Notes: a model not told the origin generated them from the sequence alone. A stretch of DNA of 64,000 nt from Eledone cirrhosa (GCA_964016885.1 OZ024746.1:83514001-83578000), one strand, 5' to 3'. Positions 28,321 to 41,261 are shown, counted from the stretch's first letter. Numbers and translations: made by a program.

Positions 28321-30323
28321 AAAAGAGAGGGGAGGGAAAAGAGAAATGTCATTACAAATTTTGCCTTTGATTTAGTTTTTTTTTTTTTTGTATTAATTTC
28401 TCAGTGCTACCATAAATCATAATTTTGCAAATTCATATATATATATATAAATATAAGAATTTCTGAACTGGTTGGTTGTGCCATGCAGGGAGCCTCTTAC
28501 ATAGTTACTCGACTTGCTAGATAAAGCAGCCAAATCTTCCTCAAATCACTATCTACTCTCTTAGAAAGGGTCACATTCTATAATGTGGTCTTGAGTTTTT
28601 TGTGCATAGCTTAACAGAAGTGGTATTCACAGCTAGAATGCCCTTGATCATAGATCTGCTCAATTAGGAATGACCTGGAGCTGAACAACAAGCACTCAAC
28701 AATAAGCAGGAATAATATCTATTGGATTACCTGCTCTTAGTTTATAATAAATAAAAAAAAAGGCTGCTGTTATTGCTTCCATGTGATTCTTCTTTACAGA
28801 ACACATTATTGTAATTTCCACAGTTCACCTAGCTATTGGGAATAGCTTATCAAATAGATCATCTACAAAACTATCAGAGTTGGAGATGTTTAACATCATG
28901 TGCAAAACAGAGCTTAGTAGCAATTCTTAAATAAAACCTTTTTTCAGGGTGGGAGTTTAAGAAGCATTTAATGTTAGGTGTTTAAATGATAGAGGTCATA
29001 GATTTATTATGTCACCATTTTTCTAGTGACAGAAATGAGATTTGAAGTCAGAATGCATACACTTGGAACATATCCGATGCTCTAACAATTCCACAAATTC
29101 ATTGCCCTGGACTAGTGTGCTTACTTCATTTATCAACTGCGAAAGAATGGATGGCTAAGTGAGCCTATGTAGAATTTGAATTCAGAGCAAGGCATTTAAT
29201 CTGATACTCGAATGACTTTGCTAATTTTATAGCTTATAGAGGATATTATTTTTTTAAAAATCAAAGCTGGTTTTATATGGTTTCTTGAGTTCTTTGTGCT
29301 TATCATTTTTAAAGCATTAAAAAAAATTACTTATATATTTATCTAAGAAAGCTTTATGTAAATACCGATGATGATCATGATACCGATGATGTTTTCTTTT
29401 AACCACTTTATATTCCATATATAAGTACTATCAAAGAGTTTAAATTTATCATTGAACACTCTTTAAATATTGAGTGGTTTTCAACGTAAGTGGTATAGAG
29501 TCATGTGGAGAATAGAGTAGGCATCATTACTATCTTACAACCCACTAGAATGATGGCACACCAGGCAGCTGAATTTAAGTGGGCTGAGACTAGCTGTAAG
29601 CTATTTTACAAAGCTGTCTAAATCATTATTAGCATGCAAAAAACTATAAAAATTCTGGTGCTGGCAGTAGTGGTTATATTGATGGTGGTGGTGATGGAGT
29701 TAGTTGTGATGATTCTTCTGATACTCAATAGTCTTTTAAATCAGAATTGTAAATAGTGTCTGTGTATTAAATTAACTTCGTAATTAGGATGGGCAATGTT
29801 TGAAGAGAAGATATACATTGTATGTGTGTGTGTAATCATCTTTATGTCTCTCCATGTTTGTGTATGTCTCTCCATGTTTGTGTGGGTTGGGCAAGAACTC
29901 TTTATTGGCAAGTTTCCTTTGGCTGGATATCCTTCTTGTCTTATTCTAAGTCACTAACATTTATTGAATAGCAAATACTGACAGGTACATTATTTATGGG
30001 TGACATAAATAACTGTCACTGCAGGCATTATAATGGTGTTGGCATGATGGTCACAATGACTTGCTCATAGAGAACACATGCACACACCTGAGTGTGAATT
30101 GCAATTATGAAAGAATAATTCCTTGATATGTAAGCATAGGGGTAATTTATATTACTTAAAATATATGGTAACTAAGCATATGTTTTCATAGCTACTCCGT
30201 ATTTTCCCTCATAAAGGTGGAATATTGTTGGTGCATGTGAGATTAATCTGGTATGTTTAATTGGTTAACATCATGAAACTGAGTACCTACGAAAACACAT
30301 ACTTAGTTGCCATGTATTTTAAG

Positions 30324-30398
<75 letters not shown>

Positions 30399-31895
30399 GC
30401 TTCTTACAGTTTCTGTCTACCTAATTCACTTACAAACATTGGTCAGCTTGGGAAACATAGGTATGGCTGTAAGGTTAAGTAGTTTGCTTCCCAACCACAT
30501 AGTTTCAGTTTTTTTTCCCACTGCTTGGCTCCTTCCACAAGAGTATACTGAGTGTCTTCTCTAGCACCAGCACTAGAGAAGTTATGTATTCACCAAGCTT
30601 GAAGAGTTCCCTCTACCCTATATTTTTGTGTGTCTATATGCACTTATGTTTAAATGTAAACAACCAGTTCAGTACTGCAATAAAAAGTACACAGTATATA
30701 CTCTAATGTGGTTGGCATTAGGAAGGGCATCCAGCCATTGAAACCAAGCCAAAAAGTAGATCTGTATGAGCAAGATGTGGCCTCTGGAATTGACTTGTCT
30801 CATAATGTGACAACCCATCTAACCCATGCAAGTGGAGAAAATGGACATTAAACGACGATGACGATGAAGAGTGATGCTAGGGCCACAATCTACTTTGTCG
30901 GGTGCCAGAATAAAACATAACCAGTACATGCCATGAAGTGTTTGGCATTAGGCAGGGCATCTAGCTGTAGAAACCATACTAGAATGGAATGTATGAGCAA
31001 GAGGCATTCATCTGACATGTCTTGTCACAGACTGTGACAAGTGACTGTAAAATGATGTCGATAATAATAATAATAATATATATATATATATATATACATC
31101 ACATGTGTCTATGAGTAGGTGAAGGTATTCCCAAAAGCTAAACAGAAGTGGTAATGTTAAGTTCTTCATGTGTCATAAAATAAATTTAAAGAGATAGAAA
31201 AACCATAGTTTCTCTGTGTTTATGGAAGCTGAGATAAAGCAATATAGTTATTTTATTTAATATCTATCTCACTCTCTATTTGTTTATCTCTCTGACTGTT
31301 TCCTCTCTGATTTTTTTTTTGTCTATCTTTCTTTCTTCAGTCTTGTCTATTGCTGCTGTCTGTCTGTGAACTAGTTTCATTGTCAAGGTACAATTATTGA
31401 CACATGTGTTACAGGTTATCAGTTCACATATGTACACACACACATACATATATATAAAGAAGTTTGTTTATTTGTTTGTTATAGAAAATATAATGGTTGA
31501 GCTTGCAAATTTTTAAATAACTTCATAACAACAAACACACACTCACACACACACATACATGGTAGACATGGATGCAATTCAGTTGCTGTCTGATGAAATC
31601 ACGATATTGGTTAAATAATCAAGTGACCAAGATCGTCATTGAAATATGTATCACAGCCTCATTAATAAAGGACTCTTTAACATCTACAACTTCGCCCCCC
31701 CCCCTCTCTCTATGTATATATATATATATGTATATATATATAAATTAAAAAAAATAGGTGGTTCAGTAGATTTGTGGTTTACTGAGGCAGGTACCAAAAT
31801 CAGGTTTACTGAGGCAAGTACCAAAATGCTAAAGCAGGGTGTATATATTGAAAACAAAGTGAGGTTTCACATTAAGGTCTTTATTGATTATACAC

Positions 31896-31974
31896 AGTTA
31901 CGACTGTTTCACAGACAGGTGGCTCTATATAAATGCCATATACCCGACTCCAGCCTGATCTGCTCATCAGACTT
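31896..31974 (-). ncRNA. type I hammerhead ribozyme motif in Penelope-like pLTR remnant (~31745-32010)
   Basis: Minus strand: AGT-CTGATGA-GCAGA-[~43 nt]-TCTGT-GAAAC-agtc-GTA^ACT; AATAAA ~10 nt downstream (31880-31885). Confidence 0.7.
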
Positions 31975-32418
31975 GTTAATCGAGCAAAGCCAAAGTTTCA
32001 TCTGCTGAGAGATTTTTTTTGTTTTTTTTCGTTAGGGACCTAGTTTTATCTGGAGGACACAAACAAAACAAGGCAAACATTTTTTTTATACAAATAAAAC
32101 ATGGATGTAGTTCATTATCTATGACAAATGATATATGGTTCAATTCGATTAATGAGAAAGGCATAATACCATAGCCATAATTTTGTAGAAAAGTAATTGT
32201 CTTTTGTATTTGATGTCAATCGTTCTAACTCTCTTCTATTTAACATTTGGTATATTTGGGTAGTTAATGGCTATATTTAATATATGTGTATTGTTCCAGT
32301 GCACTAGTAAACAAATGATTTTCTACTTGGAGTTCACTTATTTATTGTCTGTCTGCAGTAGAAAGGGTGAAAGTAGATTTAAATTTAGTATATGATTGCA
32401 AGATTTGGCAGGTGTTAA

Positions 32419-32626
32419 CCCTTTAGCATTCACATTACTCTATATATACTATTATATTTTCATGGTAAAGGCTTTACCTCGCATAATATCGAATCTATGA
32501 GATTTTGAAAGTATTTATTTTGGGAACAATACCTTAACATCAGTATGAGTGACCAATTACAGCCAGTTTGAACAGAAAGAGGTGAGAGAATTCTGGCCGG
32601 TTTTGGCCGGTTTGAACGTTAAAGGG
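32419..32626 (-). mobile_element. piggyBac-like MITE family 1, copy 4
   Basis: TTAA-CCCTTTAGCATT ... AACGTTAAAGGG-TTGA; body is the reverse complement of the other copies. Confidence 0.88.
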
Positions 32627-33195
32627 TTGAACTGCATATATATATGTATATATATATATATAGTGTTTGAGAAGTCTGATTAAGTAAAGTATTTAGAAAT
32701 GTTGCAGTGGAGGTGGTGGTGGTATTGCAAGTAAGGCTCATACTAGTTATCTGGGAAGAGACTGGCAAGTATGATTGGTATTGTTGTAAGAGAGGAGCAT
32801 ACAAAACCTGTTCAAAGTTGTAGATGCTGTCATCAATAGAAGAGACAGCAGTACACTGATAATTCATTTGTAAGCAAGAGTTTAATAGTAGCTTTTGATG
32901 CTGGAGCTAGTTGCTGTTGTTGTTGCTGCTTAGCTCCAAGTCAGATTTGATCAAGTTCACCTATGATCAAAGATGTTTCAGTTGTAACCATCCCATCTTT
33001 TTTTTAGTCGTTAGTGTTATGATGGTTGAGTATGATTTGAAAGGGGTGTAGCTTCTGTCTTTAGCAGGTTGAGGGTTTGTTTATTAGATAGATTATCATA
33101 AGTGAATGAAGTAACATCGTTATTTAAAAAAAAATTGAATGTTGGTGATTGACTTTGGTTTAATTATATTTTGTCCTTATTATTTGCCAAGATAG

Positions 33196-33408
33196 GGTAG
33201 AGGATTGGCAGTATCAGTAAATTGTCAGGCAAAATGTTTTGCAGTATTCATTCCAGTTCTTTGTGTTCTGATTTCAAATCCCACTGTAGTCAACTTTGTC
33301 TTTCATCTTCTCGAGGTCAATAAAATAAGTACCAGTTAAGTACTGGGTTTGATATAATTAACTTTCCCCTTCTCCAAAACTAATGGCCTTGTGCCTAAAC
33401 TTGAAACA
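33196..33408 (+). mobile_element. family A SINE, full length with TSD
   Basis: TGGCAGTATCAGTA head, Meta-like core; ~17-bp TSD ATTATTTGCCAA(G/C)ATAG at 33179-33195 and 33409-33425. Confidence 0.88.
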
Positions 33409-33778
33409 ATTATTTGCCAACATAGATCATCACTGCTAACCTTAGCTCACTTTGATATGCCGATGGAATGTTAAGGAGTATATTGTTTTCTAAAAGTACA
33501 TATTATTGTGTTCTTTTGAGCATAATATATATATAAAAATGCATTATAAAATCTTGATACACAATGCATATACATTTCTGAATTCGTATGCCAACAGAAC
33601 TATCTCCTTAGAGGGGGGAAAAACTTCAGTAAAGGGAAATTTTCTGGATATATCGAGTACCATCAGTTATTAGTGCTGAAATATAATATAAATATTTGTT
33701 CTACGGTTCTTGTATATTTGATATATATTTATCCTTATCAAGCCCTCTTTGGATTTTAGTCTTCAAATTTATTATTAT

Positions 33779-33819
<41 letters not shown>

Positions 33820-35164
33820 AGCGCTCAAAGTTACCAAGCATTTATGAAACAGATTGTTTTCTGTTCACTATTTTAGCTGGAGGTTTAATTTACTGTTGAT
33901 TTCATCTAAAAAATATGTTACTATAATTTTCTTTTCTATTGGGTGGATATCTTTTCTATTGTCAAACATTTCCATAAGCCATCTCTTAGATATAGGATTA
34001 TCAGCTATCTTCTTTTATGCTCCATTTGTATCAAGGCATTAATTATCCAGGAAATTATCTGTTTAATAATAGTAGTACTGGATTATTGTTCACTTTCGAA
34101 AATGGTTGATATAGTTGTAAATATTTTTTTATGGGAATCATTGTTTCCCTTCTCTGGAATCATTTCTCCAAGAAAAGAATGAAGAATGCTGTTGTAGCTG
34201 TGTATTGTTTTGCAAGGCAAGTAAGTGAGGTTACTGATGTTTTCCTACTTGGTGGTTTTGTATCAAAATTGCTTGGTGGTTATGGTTTGTTGTGTTGGCT
34301 AGTTGTTTTTATCTATGTATACATGTAAATGATTTAACTAATTCTTCAGTGATAATTATTGCAGTAAGTTATATTAAGTAGAGTTGACTTTGTACAAAAT
34401 ATGACCAATTAATGTAAAAAAATAAAATGTGTAGTAGCAATTTTTTGTATTTTGTCTAGTGGCAAAAATATTGTTGTAGATGACAAATGTATGTGTATGT
34501 CTTTTACCAATATATATGAAATAAGGAGTGGGGAGTCAAGGCCCAAGCATCATATATCTAGCCTGATGTTGGAAATTTCTCTGCTGTATCTGTTTATAAG
34601 TTATTGACCTTGTGTGTAAGTAATAATACAAAAATATTCTTTGATTATGATTAGGTCATATTACATTTATGTATAAATCTTAAAGGATAGGCTTTCACTT
34701 GCTTTCTGTCTCACCTTTTCACCCCCTTTCTCTCTCGGAAAGGGAGAGAGATAGGTATTATTATTATTTTATCTTAGTGGTCATTGACTCCAGCTCTTTC
34801 TTATAGATTTATTAAACTAAGCTTGTTATCTGAATAAAACTTCATTGAATTTTAAATTCTATTGATTATATATCAGCAGAAGTAAAAGCAGTTGAACTAA
34901 CTACTATTTTCTTGTTGATTTCTTCACTCTGTATATTTGGTAGGCTGCAGTCTTGGATTTTTGTCAATGTGAAATTACCTATACATGTTCTATCAGCTTA
35001 ACGTTTAAGTAATTTTAACTTGGGCTTCATTTACATATATTTTATCCCCCCACTACCTCTCTTTTGTTTGGAGTAGTTCAAACATAACTAAATGATAAAC
35101 AAGGGACTTAATAAATCTTCTTTATATTATCACCTACCTTTTATCATATAAGGATCTTTGGAGT

Positions 35165-35495
35165 AACATTACTTGATAGACTGTTAGCTCGAAGATCAGG
35201 GAGTCGCTCAAAGTAGAGCCACTACTTTTCCAAATCAAGATATCTCAGCTGCGATACTATGGACATGTGGCTAGAATGTCAAAGGAAAGAATTGCTGAAT
35301 AGATTTTATGGACAAAGCTAACTGGCTGAAGACTCAGAGGCAGACAACAAGTAAGATAGTTGGATAGCATCCAAGATTTTGGTTGGTCTTGCTTGGGGAT
35401 CCAGCTGAATCATGGAGACAGTTGCTTTTAATAGGACCTTCTAAAAGGCTTGTCTGAAGAATTTGCCTCCATAACCCTCTCAAGAATAAGTAAGC
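35165..35495 (+). mobile_element. Rex3/Expander-like RTE 3' fragment, decayed
   Basis: IRESLKVEPLLFQIKISQLRYYGHVARMSKERIAE*ILWTKLTG*RLRGR..GWSCLGI, resembling Expander/Rex3 C-termini. Confidence 0.75.
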
Positions 35496-35526
35496 AAAGA
35501 AGAAGAGCAGAGTCTTCACCACTCCC

Positions 35527-35570
<44 letters not shown>

Positions 35571-35571
<1 letters not shown>

Positions 35572-36296
35572 GCAGACTAGAGAGGAACGAAGCTTGCATG
35601 CTCCGCTGGATGTGTAACAGTAATATACGTGAACGGCAAAGCATAAACGAACTAAGGAAAAAATTAGAGATAAGAGGGATCAGATGTTGTTTACTCGAGA
35701 GAAGGCTACGTTGGTATGGACACGTGATGCGCATGAAAGTCGATAGCTGTATAACAAAGTGCAGGGCAATAAAGATAGACGGTAGCCACGGAATAGGCAG
35801 ACCTAGAAAAACCTGGGACGAGCTGATAAACTCCGACCTCACACACTTACACCTCTCCAAGACAATGTCACTGGACCGAGACCTTTGGCGGTACTCAGTA
35901 ACAGAGAAGACCCGCCTTGCCAGTAGGCATCTCTAACAAAATACACCCCGTCCCACCACCACCACCCCCACCCCATCCACACCACCCCGTCCTATGTAAA
36001 GTTATGTTGGTGCCGCGCCATCCGGGCCGAAACAAATGAGATCGTGTAGGTGTCACGACAAAAAAACACACAGTCCACGCTGTAATGTGGCCGTGTAGGC
36101 AACACGGTAAAAACCTCCCAGACCCACACTGTAAATGTGGTTGGTGTTAGGAAGGGCATCCAACTGTAGAAAACCTGCCAGACAGTCCTATGCGAGCAAG
36201 ACAATCACTCTTGCCTCAAGTGGGACTACCCCCGTCCAAACCCATGCAAGCGTGGAACACGGACGTTAAACGTTGATGATGATGATGATGATGATA
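35571..36296 (+). mobile_element. young RTE-clade LINE 3' end: intact C-terminal ORF piece plus ~360-nt structured 3'UTR
   Basis: ORF 35598-35936 MLRWMC..RRLRWYGHVMRM..GRPRKTW..DRDLWR; C-rich tract, modular UTR, terminal stem CGTCC/GGACG, (GAT)n tail; (TA)n on both flanks. Confidence 0.93.
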
Positions 36297-36634
36297 TATA
36301 TATATATGTATGTCCTGGAGAAATGAAAAGATTAAAATAAAATTAGCACTGAATCACCTGATTTCTTTCTTTCTCATTTTGAAATTAACTTTTCAATTTA
36401 GATATAAATATCAATCAGTGTGTGATTTTCTTTGTTAATATTTTAAAATTGAACAGGAATTGATAGTTAGAAGTTGGAAAAAGAAGGAAAAAAAAATGGA
36501 GATTAAAAGAAAATTGAAGTGATTAGAGGATTTCTGGAACAGACTTGTCAGTTCTTATCTTGAAATGAGTATGCATGAAAATAAAATCTGGAAATGAAAT
36601 TCCCTACATGATTCTTATTTTCTTTTTGTTTTTA

Positions 36635-36840
36635 TAATTTCTAATTTAGTCACAACCAACAATTTGTAGGGTGAAGAAAGTTGATTAAATCAACCCCAGT
36701 ATATGATTGGTTACTTTATTTTATCAACCCTGCAAGGATGAAAGGCTTAGTTGACCTTGGTGGGATTTGAACACAGAACGCAAAGTAAATACAAAAAGCA
36801 TTTTGTTTGATGCTCTAACAATTCTGCAATTCCACCACTC
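36635..36840 (-). mobile_element. family A SINE, decayed
   Basis: ACTTTATTTTATCAACCCTGCAAGGATGAAAGGC..GGGATTTGAAC. More copies ~42915-43055(+), 48455-48667(-), 49080-49340(-), 59150-59315(-), 60805-61020(+). Confidence 0.8.
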
Positions 36841-37039
36841 ATCTTTTTGATTTTATAATCGAAATCATCTATCTTTTTTCTTCTTTTTGTCTATTTAAAT
36901 AAAGTAATATCTTCAAATTGGTGCGACTATCTTAATGGACCCATCAAACTGAGAATCATCAACTCAATGATTAACTGATTAACTAGTCTGGAAATAGGCT
37001 GGTTAGCATGGTGTCTTAGCAGACAATGTTGGCAATTAA

Positions 37040-37043
<4 letters not shown>

Positions 37044-37128
<85 letters not shown>
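37044..37128. repeat. (CT)n microsatellite
   Basis: Read directly. Confidence 0.97.
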
Positions 37129-37132
<4 letters not shown>

Positions 37133-37414
37133 GCATCAGTGTTTTATTTTCTGGATTAATGACATTAAACTTTGGAAATCAGTCCCTGATATATATATAT
37201 AGTGAAAGCTTGAAGGTTTCCTCAATCTGAGCTGAAAAAGCAAAAATTTTCAAGCCATTGAAATTAAACAGAGCACCATATTTGCAGCTAAGTCTCATCC
37301 CTTTACAGTTGAAATTTCTAAATGTAATCACAAAATCTATTCTGATCATTCATCTTCTCTCATATCTCTCTTCTGACTTCTTGCTTTCTAACTACTACAA
37401 TTAGCATGCATATA

Positions 37415-37560
37415 CTTTCTGTTTACCTATTTCACTCAGCAGGCATTGGTCAACCTAAAGCTATAGTAGATATTTGCTCAAGTTACCAGGCTGTGTGAAT
37501 GAACTAAAAACAATGTGGTTGTGGAGTGAACTTTTTAATCTTACAGCCATGCCTGTACCT
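37415..37560 (-). mobile_element. family C tRNA-derived SINE (CORE-like)
   Basis: Minus-strand head GGCATGGCTGTAAG, then CTTGAGCAAATATCTACTATAGC; related pieces ~765-800, 30395-30520, 40110-40190, 42043-42110, 44550-44700, 52085-52190, 53040-53140, 53678-53800. Confidence 0.65.
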
Positions 37561-37799
37561 CAAATAATATTTTACATTATTTAGTTACATTTCTTGACAT
37601 GAGTTCTTACTGAGGTCTAATTTGCTTTTCATCCTTCCAAGGGTCAAAGATGTAAAAATCAGTCAAACACTCGGGTTGATTTTATCTACTCAAGCCCCAA
37701 TATGTGTCTTTTATATATGTTTCTGAGTGTACTTGTTCACAAAGCTGTCAAAAAATTATCTCTACTATATTTGTTATTATTTTTGTTGAACTTCTGTTA

Positions 37800-37940
37800 T
37801 TTCTGATGATCAACAGAACTGTCTGTTCATGAAATTAATGTGTTAGCTGAGCATACCACAGATATAGTACCTTTAATGTGGTTCTCAGGGAGATTCAGCA
37901 TGACACAATGTGGGACAAGGATGGCGCCTTGATTTACAGA
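37800..37940 (-). mobile_element. family E SINE-like domain
   Basis: Matches 44700-44885(+) (CTGAGAA..TTAAAGGTAC..TGCTCAGC..ATTAATTT) and 60395-60462. Confidence 0.6.
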
Positions 37941-40208
37941 TACCAAAAATGCTTCTGCTAGTTTCAAAATGATTGTGTATCTATAGAATATTTTGTTTCT
38001 CCCATTACATATAGTTAAGTAAGACATTGGAAAGTTGAAATGTTCGTAGTTCTCCATTTGTCTAACTAAACATTAACTTCTATATTGACTCTTGGCAATA
38101 CAGACCACCACTAGTTTGTCTCTTCTCTAATTCTGGTGATTATATTGTCAAACATCACTGTTCTCTCTGTCTTTCTTTATGTCTCCTGCTCTCTCTCTGT
38201 ATCTGTCTCTTTTTCTGTCTTCTCTTTGTCTGTTTGTCTCTATCTGTCTGTCTGTCTCGTTCTCTCAATTAGGAATTGATTCTAGAAAGATTAACCCTTC
38301 ACTATACACTTAAATCTGTTATATACTATTAGATCAACAAATCAAGAATGCTTGCCTTTTTTCATCTTCTTATCAAATGTAAGATAAAAAAAATTGAAAT
38401 AGCCAAAACAACTGGAGCTATATGCGTGATATGCACAATGCACCCTTCCTTCCTCCATACATTTTTTTTAAATAACCAGAAGGAAAAGTTGACCTAGTAT
38501 TAACCAAAATGTCAGCAACTGAAAACTAAAAGAATGTATTCTCTATGTATGGGTGAATGTTTAAATTCCCTCTATATATATTTTTCACTATTGTCATAAC
38601 TTGAAATATCTAAATTTTATTACTTTCTGGGTGAACATATTTTTTTATTGCATTATGACTTGCAAAAAGTTGATTTCATTTTTTTCTGTTTAGCCTGCAA
38701 AGTCACCTAGCATATATGTTTAAATAACTTACTAATAATATGGAAACATTTCCAGAAACAAAACAAAACAAAACAAAACAAAACAAAAAAATTTTTTTTT
38801 ATTTTGCTTAGTTAAGGATTCTTGAAAAATGTTTGAATTTCCTAGCTTCAGTTGTTTCTGTGATACTAGAGGCAACATTCTTAAACAATGAAATAATCAA
38901 ATATATTGGCTAAAAACAAAGGCACCTACGTTTTTTAGTAGTTAGATATATCAGATATATTAGATTGTGTGTGTGTGTGTATGTGTGTGAGAGAGAGGAT
39001 GACAGTGGGTCACACTGAACTAAATTTGATCATCCGATGTTTGAAAGAATCTAATTTCATTATTCTTTTCTGTATTCCAAAGCTAGCATAAAGTCTGTTT
39101 TTTTTTTTTGTTTTTTTTACTTCTGTATTTTTCAAAAGTCCAATGGCCAATGAGTTAGGGTGTTGAGTAATGGATGTATCTCTGATTGGTAATAAAACAA
39201 CACTCTAACTCACATCTATAAAATACACAACACTCCATACAAATCTCAAATTTTTTAGAACCATCTGATCTATGCTAAGTTTACAAATGGAATTTGAAAA
39301 AAGTTGTTAGTCTGACAAACCTGAGTCATCACACATATGACCAATGTTTAGCTGAATCATTAATTCCATTTTCATTATTATCAGAACAGCTTCTACAGGC
39401 ACCATTAACATAATCAGCCTCAAAATAGATCACAACCACCACTATTATCATCAGCATTACCACCATGAGCAGTAAAATGATTGCTCACCCTGCTAAAAAT
39501 AGCAGCGAAATCTCCTTCAAAACACACCCTACTATCTTAAAAGGGGTGGGTGGGATGGAGAACACTGGATAATGTAGTCCCTAATGCAATGTGTAGAATA
39601 AGATGCCATGGTCATAGCTTAAACACCTTTGATCATAGGTGGGCAGGATTAGAATTGATCTAGGTTAAACAGTACCACAACCATCACTACTATCAACATT
39701 ATCACTGCAATTTCTACCAACAGAGCTATGTTTCTGCTAAGTTTGGTTGGTTTTTAACTATCCAGGTGGTGATATAACAGCATAACCTAAGCAAACTTTC
39801 TCATAGATTGGCTGTCAGTCTGTCATGACAAATATCTGAAATTTATTCATCAATCAGTGAAACTGTTCACTAATAATGAGGAAGTACTTGTTATGCATAA
39901 TATGTAGCCCATTTCCAGGCTAGTCTCTGGTTCTCTGCATTTCTGATGGCAAAAATGACAAGAGGCTGTCTGTCAAACTTGAGCAGAATAAGTACTTCTA
40001 GGTATTTCTTGTTTAATGTACTGATTTATTACCAGTTGTATAGCTTTTGTTGAGGGACAGAATACGACATCACTATTTGTTCATCATTCAACCACAAAAC
40101 ATGGTAGGGTACACACGTTAAAGGTGTACTGTGGGATCAAACATGGAACCACATGGCTACACTGCTAAATTCTTAACCACATAGCCATGCTACAATCGAT
40201 TTTACAAA

Positions 40209-40394
40209 TGATTGTTTCTACTTTTGACACACGGCCAGCAATTACCCCAGTGCATTACTAGTGCTTTGTTTTATTGACCTCGTAAGGATGAAAGACAAAG
40301 TTAACCTTGCCGGGATTTGAACTCAGAACGTAAATGGCCACAACTCTATGCTCCAAAGCATGGTGTCTGACACTCTACCGATACTGCCAATCCA
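40209..40394 (-). mobile_element. family A SINE (short subfamily)
   Basis: Colinear with 15325-15504 and 19163-19347. Confidence 0.88.
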
Positions 40395-40478
40395 TGAAAA
40401 TTATTGCTCAAGTATAACCTATAGCGCACTCATTAGGGTGTGTGTGTGTCCTGTTTCTGTGAGGCTGGCCAAACCAGA

Positions 40479-40516
<38 letters not shown>

Positions 40517-40518
<2 letters not shown>

Positions 40519-40824
40519 TCTGGCCTCTCTCTCCCCACTCCACCCGCCACCACCCCTACATGCCCCACACCCTTCCACCACTTGTTTATCTTCATGTTTA
40601 TTTATTTTTTTTTAATATTTTTTTTTATTTGTACACCCCCCCCCCCTTTTTTTTCTAAATGTCTCTCCCCCACTCCCCTACACACCCTCGGAACTCTCTT
40701 CCCACACTTTTCGCCTGAAGAAGGGCTTATGCCCGAAATGTCGTTCCCCCCCTCCACTCTCAAGAGCGTGAAACTAATAAACCTTTGTTCGTACTGCCTC
40801 TCTGTTTTGTTCCCGTTCCATTTT

Positions 40825-40828
<4 letters not shown>
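40517..40828 (+). mobile_element. Penelope-like pLTR remnant inserted in (TA)n
   Basis: C-rich segment, minimal hammerhead at 40715-40742, AATAAA ~40777, TA runs on both flanks. Confidence 0.65.
40708..40750 (+). ncRNA. minimal hammerhead motif, probably inactivated
   Basis: CTGAAGA-A-GGGC-ttat-GCCC-GAAA-TGTC; the usual PLE form is GAAACGTC, so likely CpG>TpG decay; stem I weak. Confidence 0.65.
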
Positions 40829-40859
<31 letters not shown>

Positions 40860-41229
40860 CATTGGCAGGTTATCACGTACTGAGGTGACTACAAACTACT
40901 TTTATACTCTGTTTTGGGGTTGGTTTCTGTGGCTGGATGCCCTTCCTAATGCCAACCACTTTACATCATGACACCAATGCTACCAACTTATGGGGTGAAT
41001 CAGGTGCTTTTTATCTTTTTATCATAGTTCTTGATATTCAAATTATATGCTAAAAGATGGTAATAAAGCAAGAAATATTGTAATCATTTCTTTTTCTTTT
41101 TTTTGGTTTTGCTCTTCAAGCCTTGAGATACTGTAGTGAACAGTCAGGCAATAAATAGACCAAGCCAACATTTGCATATATTAAATAGAGAGAAGAAGGG
41201 CTGTGTGATATTACTGAATCTACTTGGCA

Positions 41230-41261
<32 letters not shown>

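Noticed and set aside
33820-34330. Possible ancient LINE endonuclease remnant on the minus strand
   Set aside because: Only a faint RKDIHPIEKK resemblance; cannot be supported without a profile search.
36091-36176. Twister ribozyme reading of the family B module
   Set aside because: The GGAAGGGCATCC motif follows twisters in some retroelements, but the conserved UAA cleavage strand and GGUYNCAAGCCC loop are not present; H-type pseudoknots fit better.
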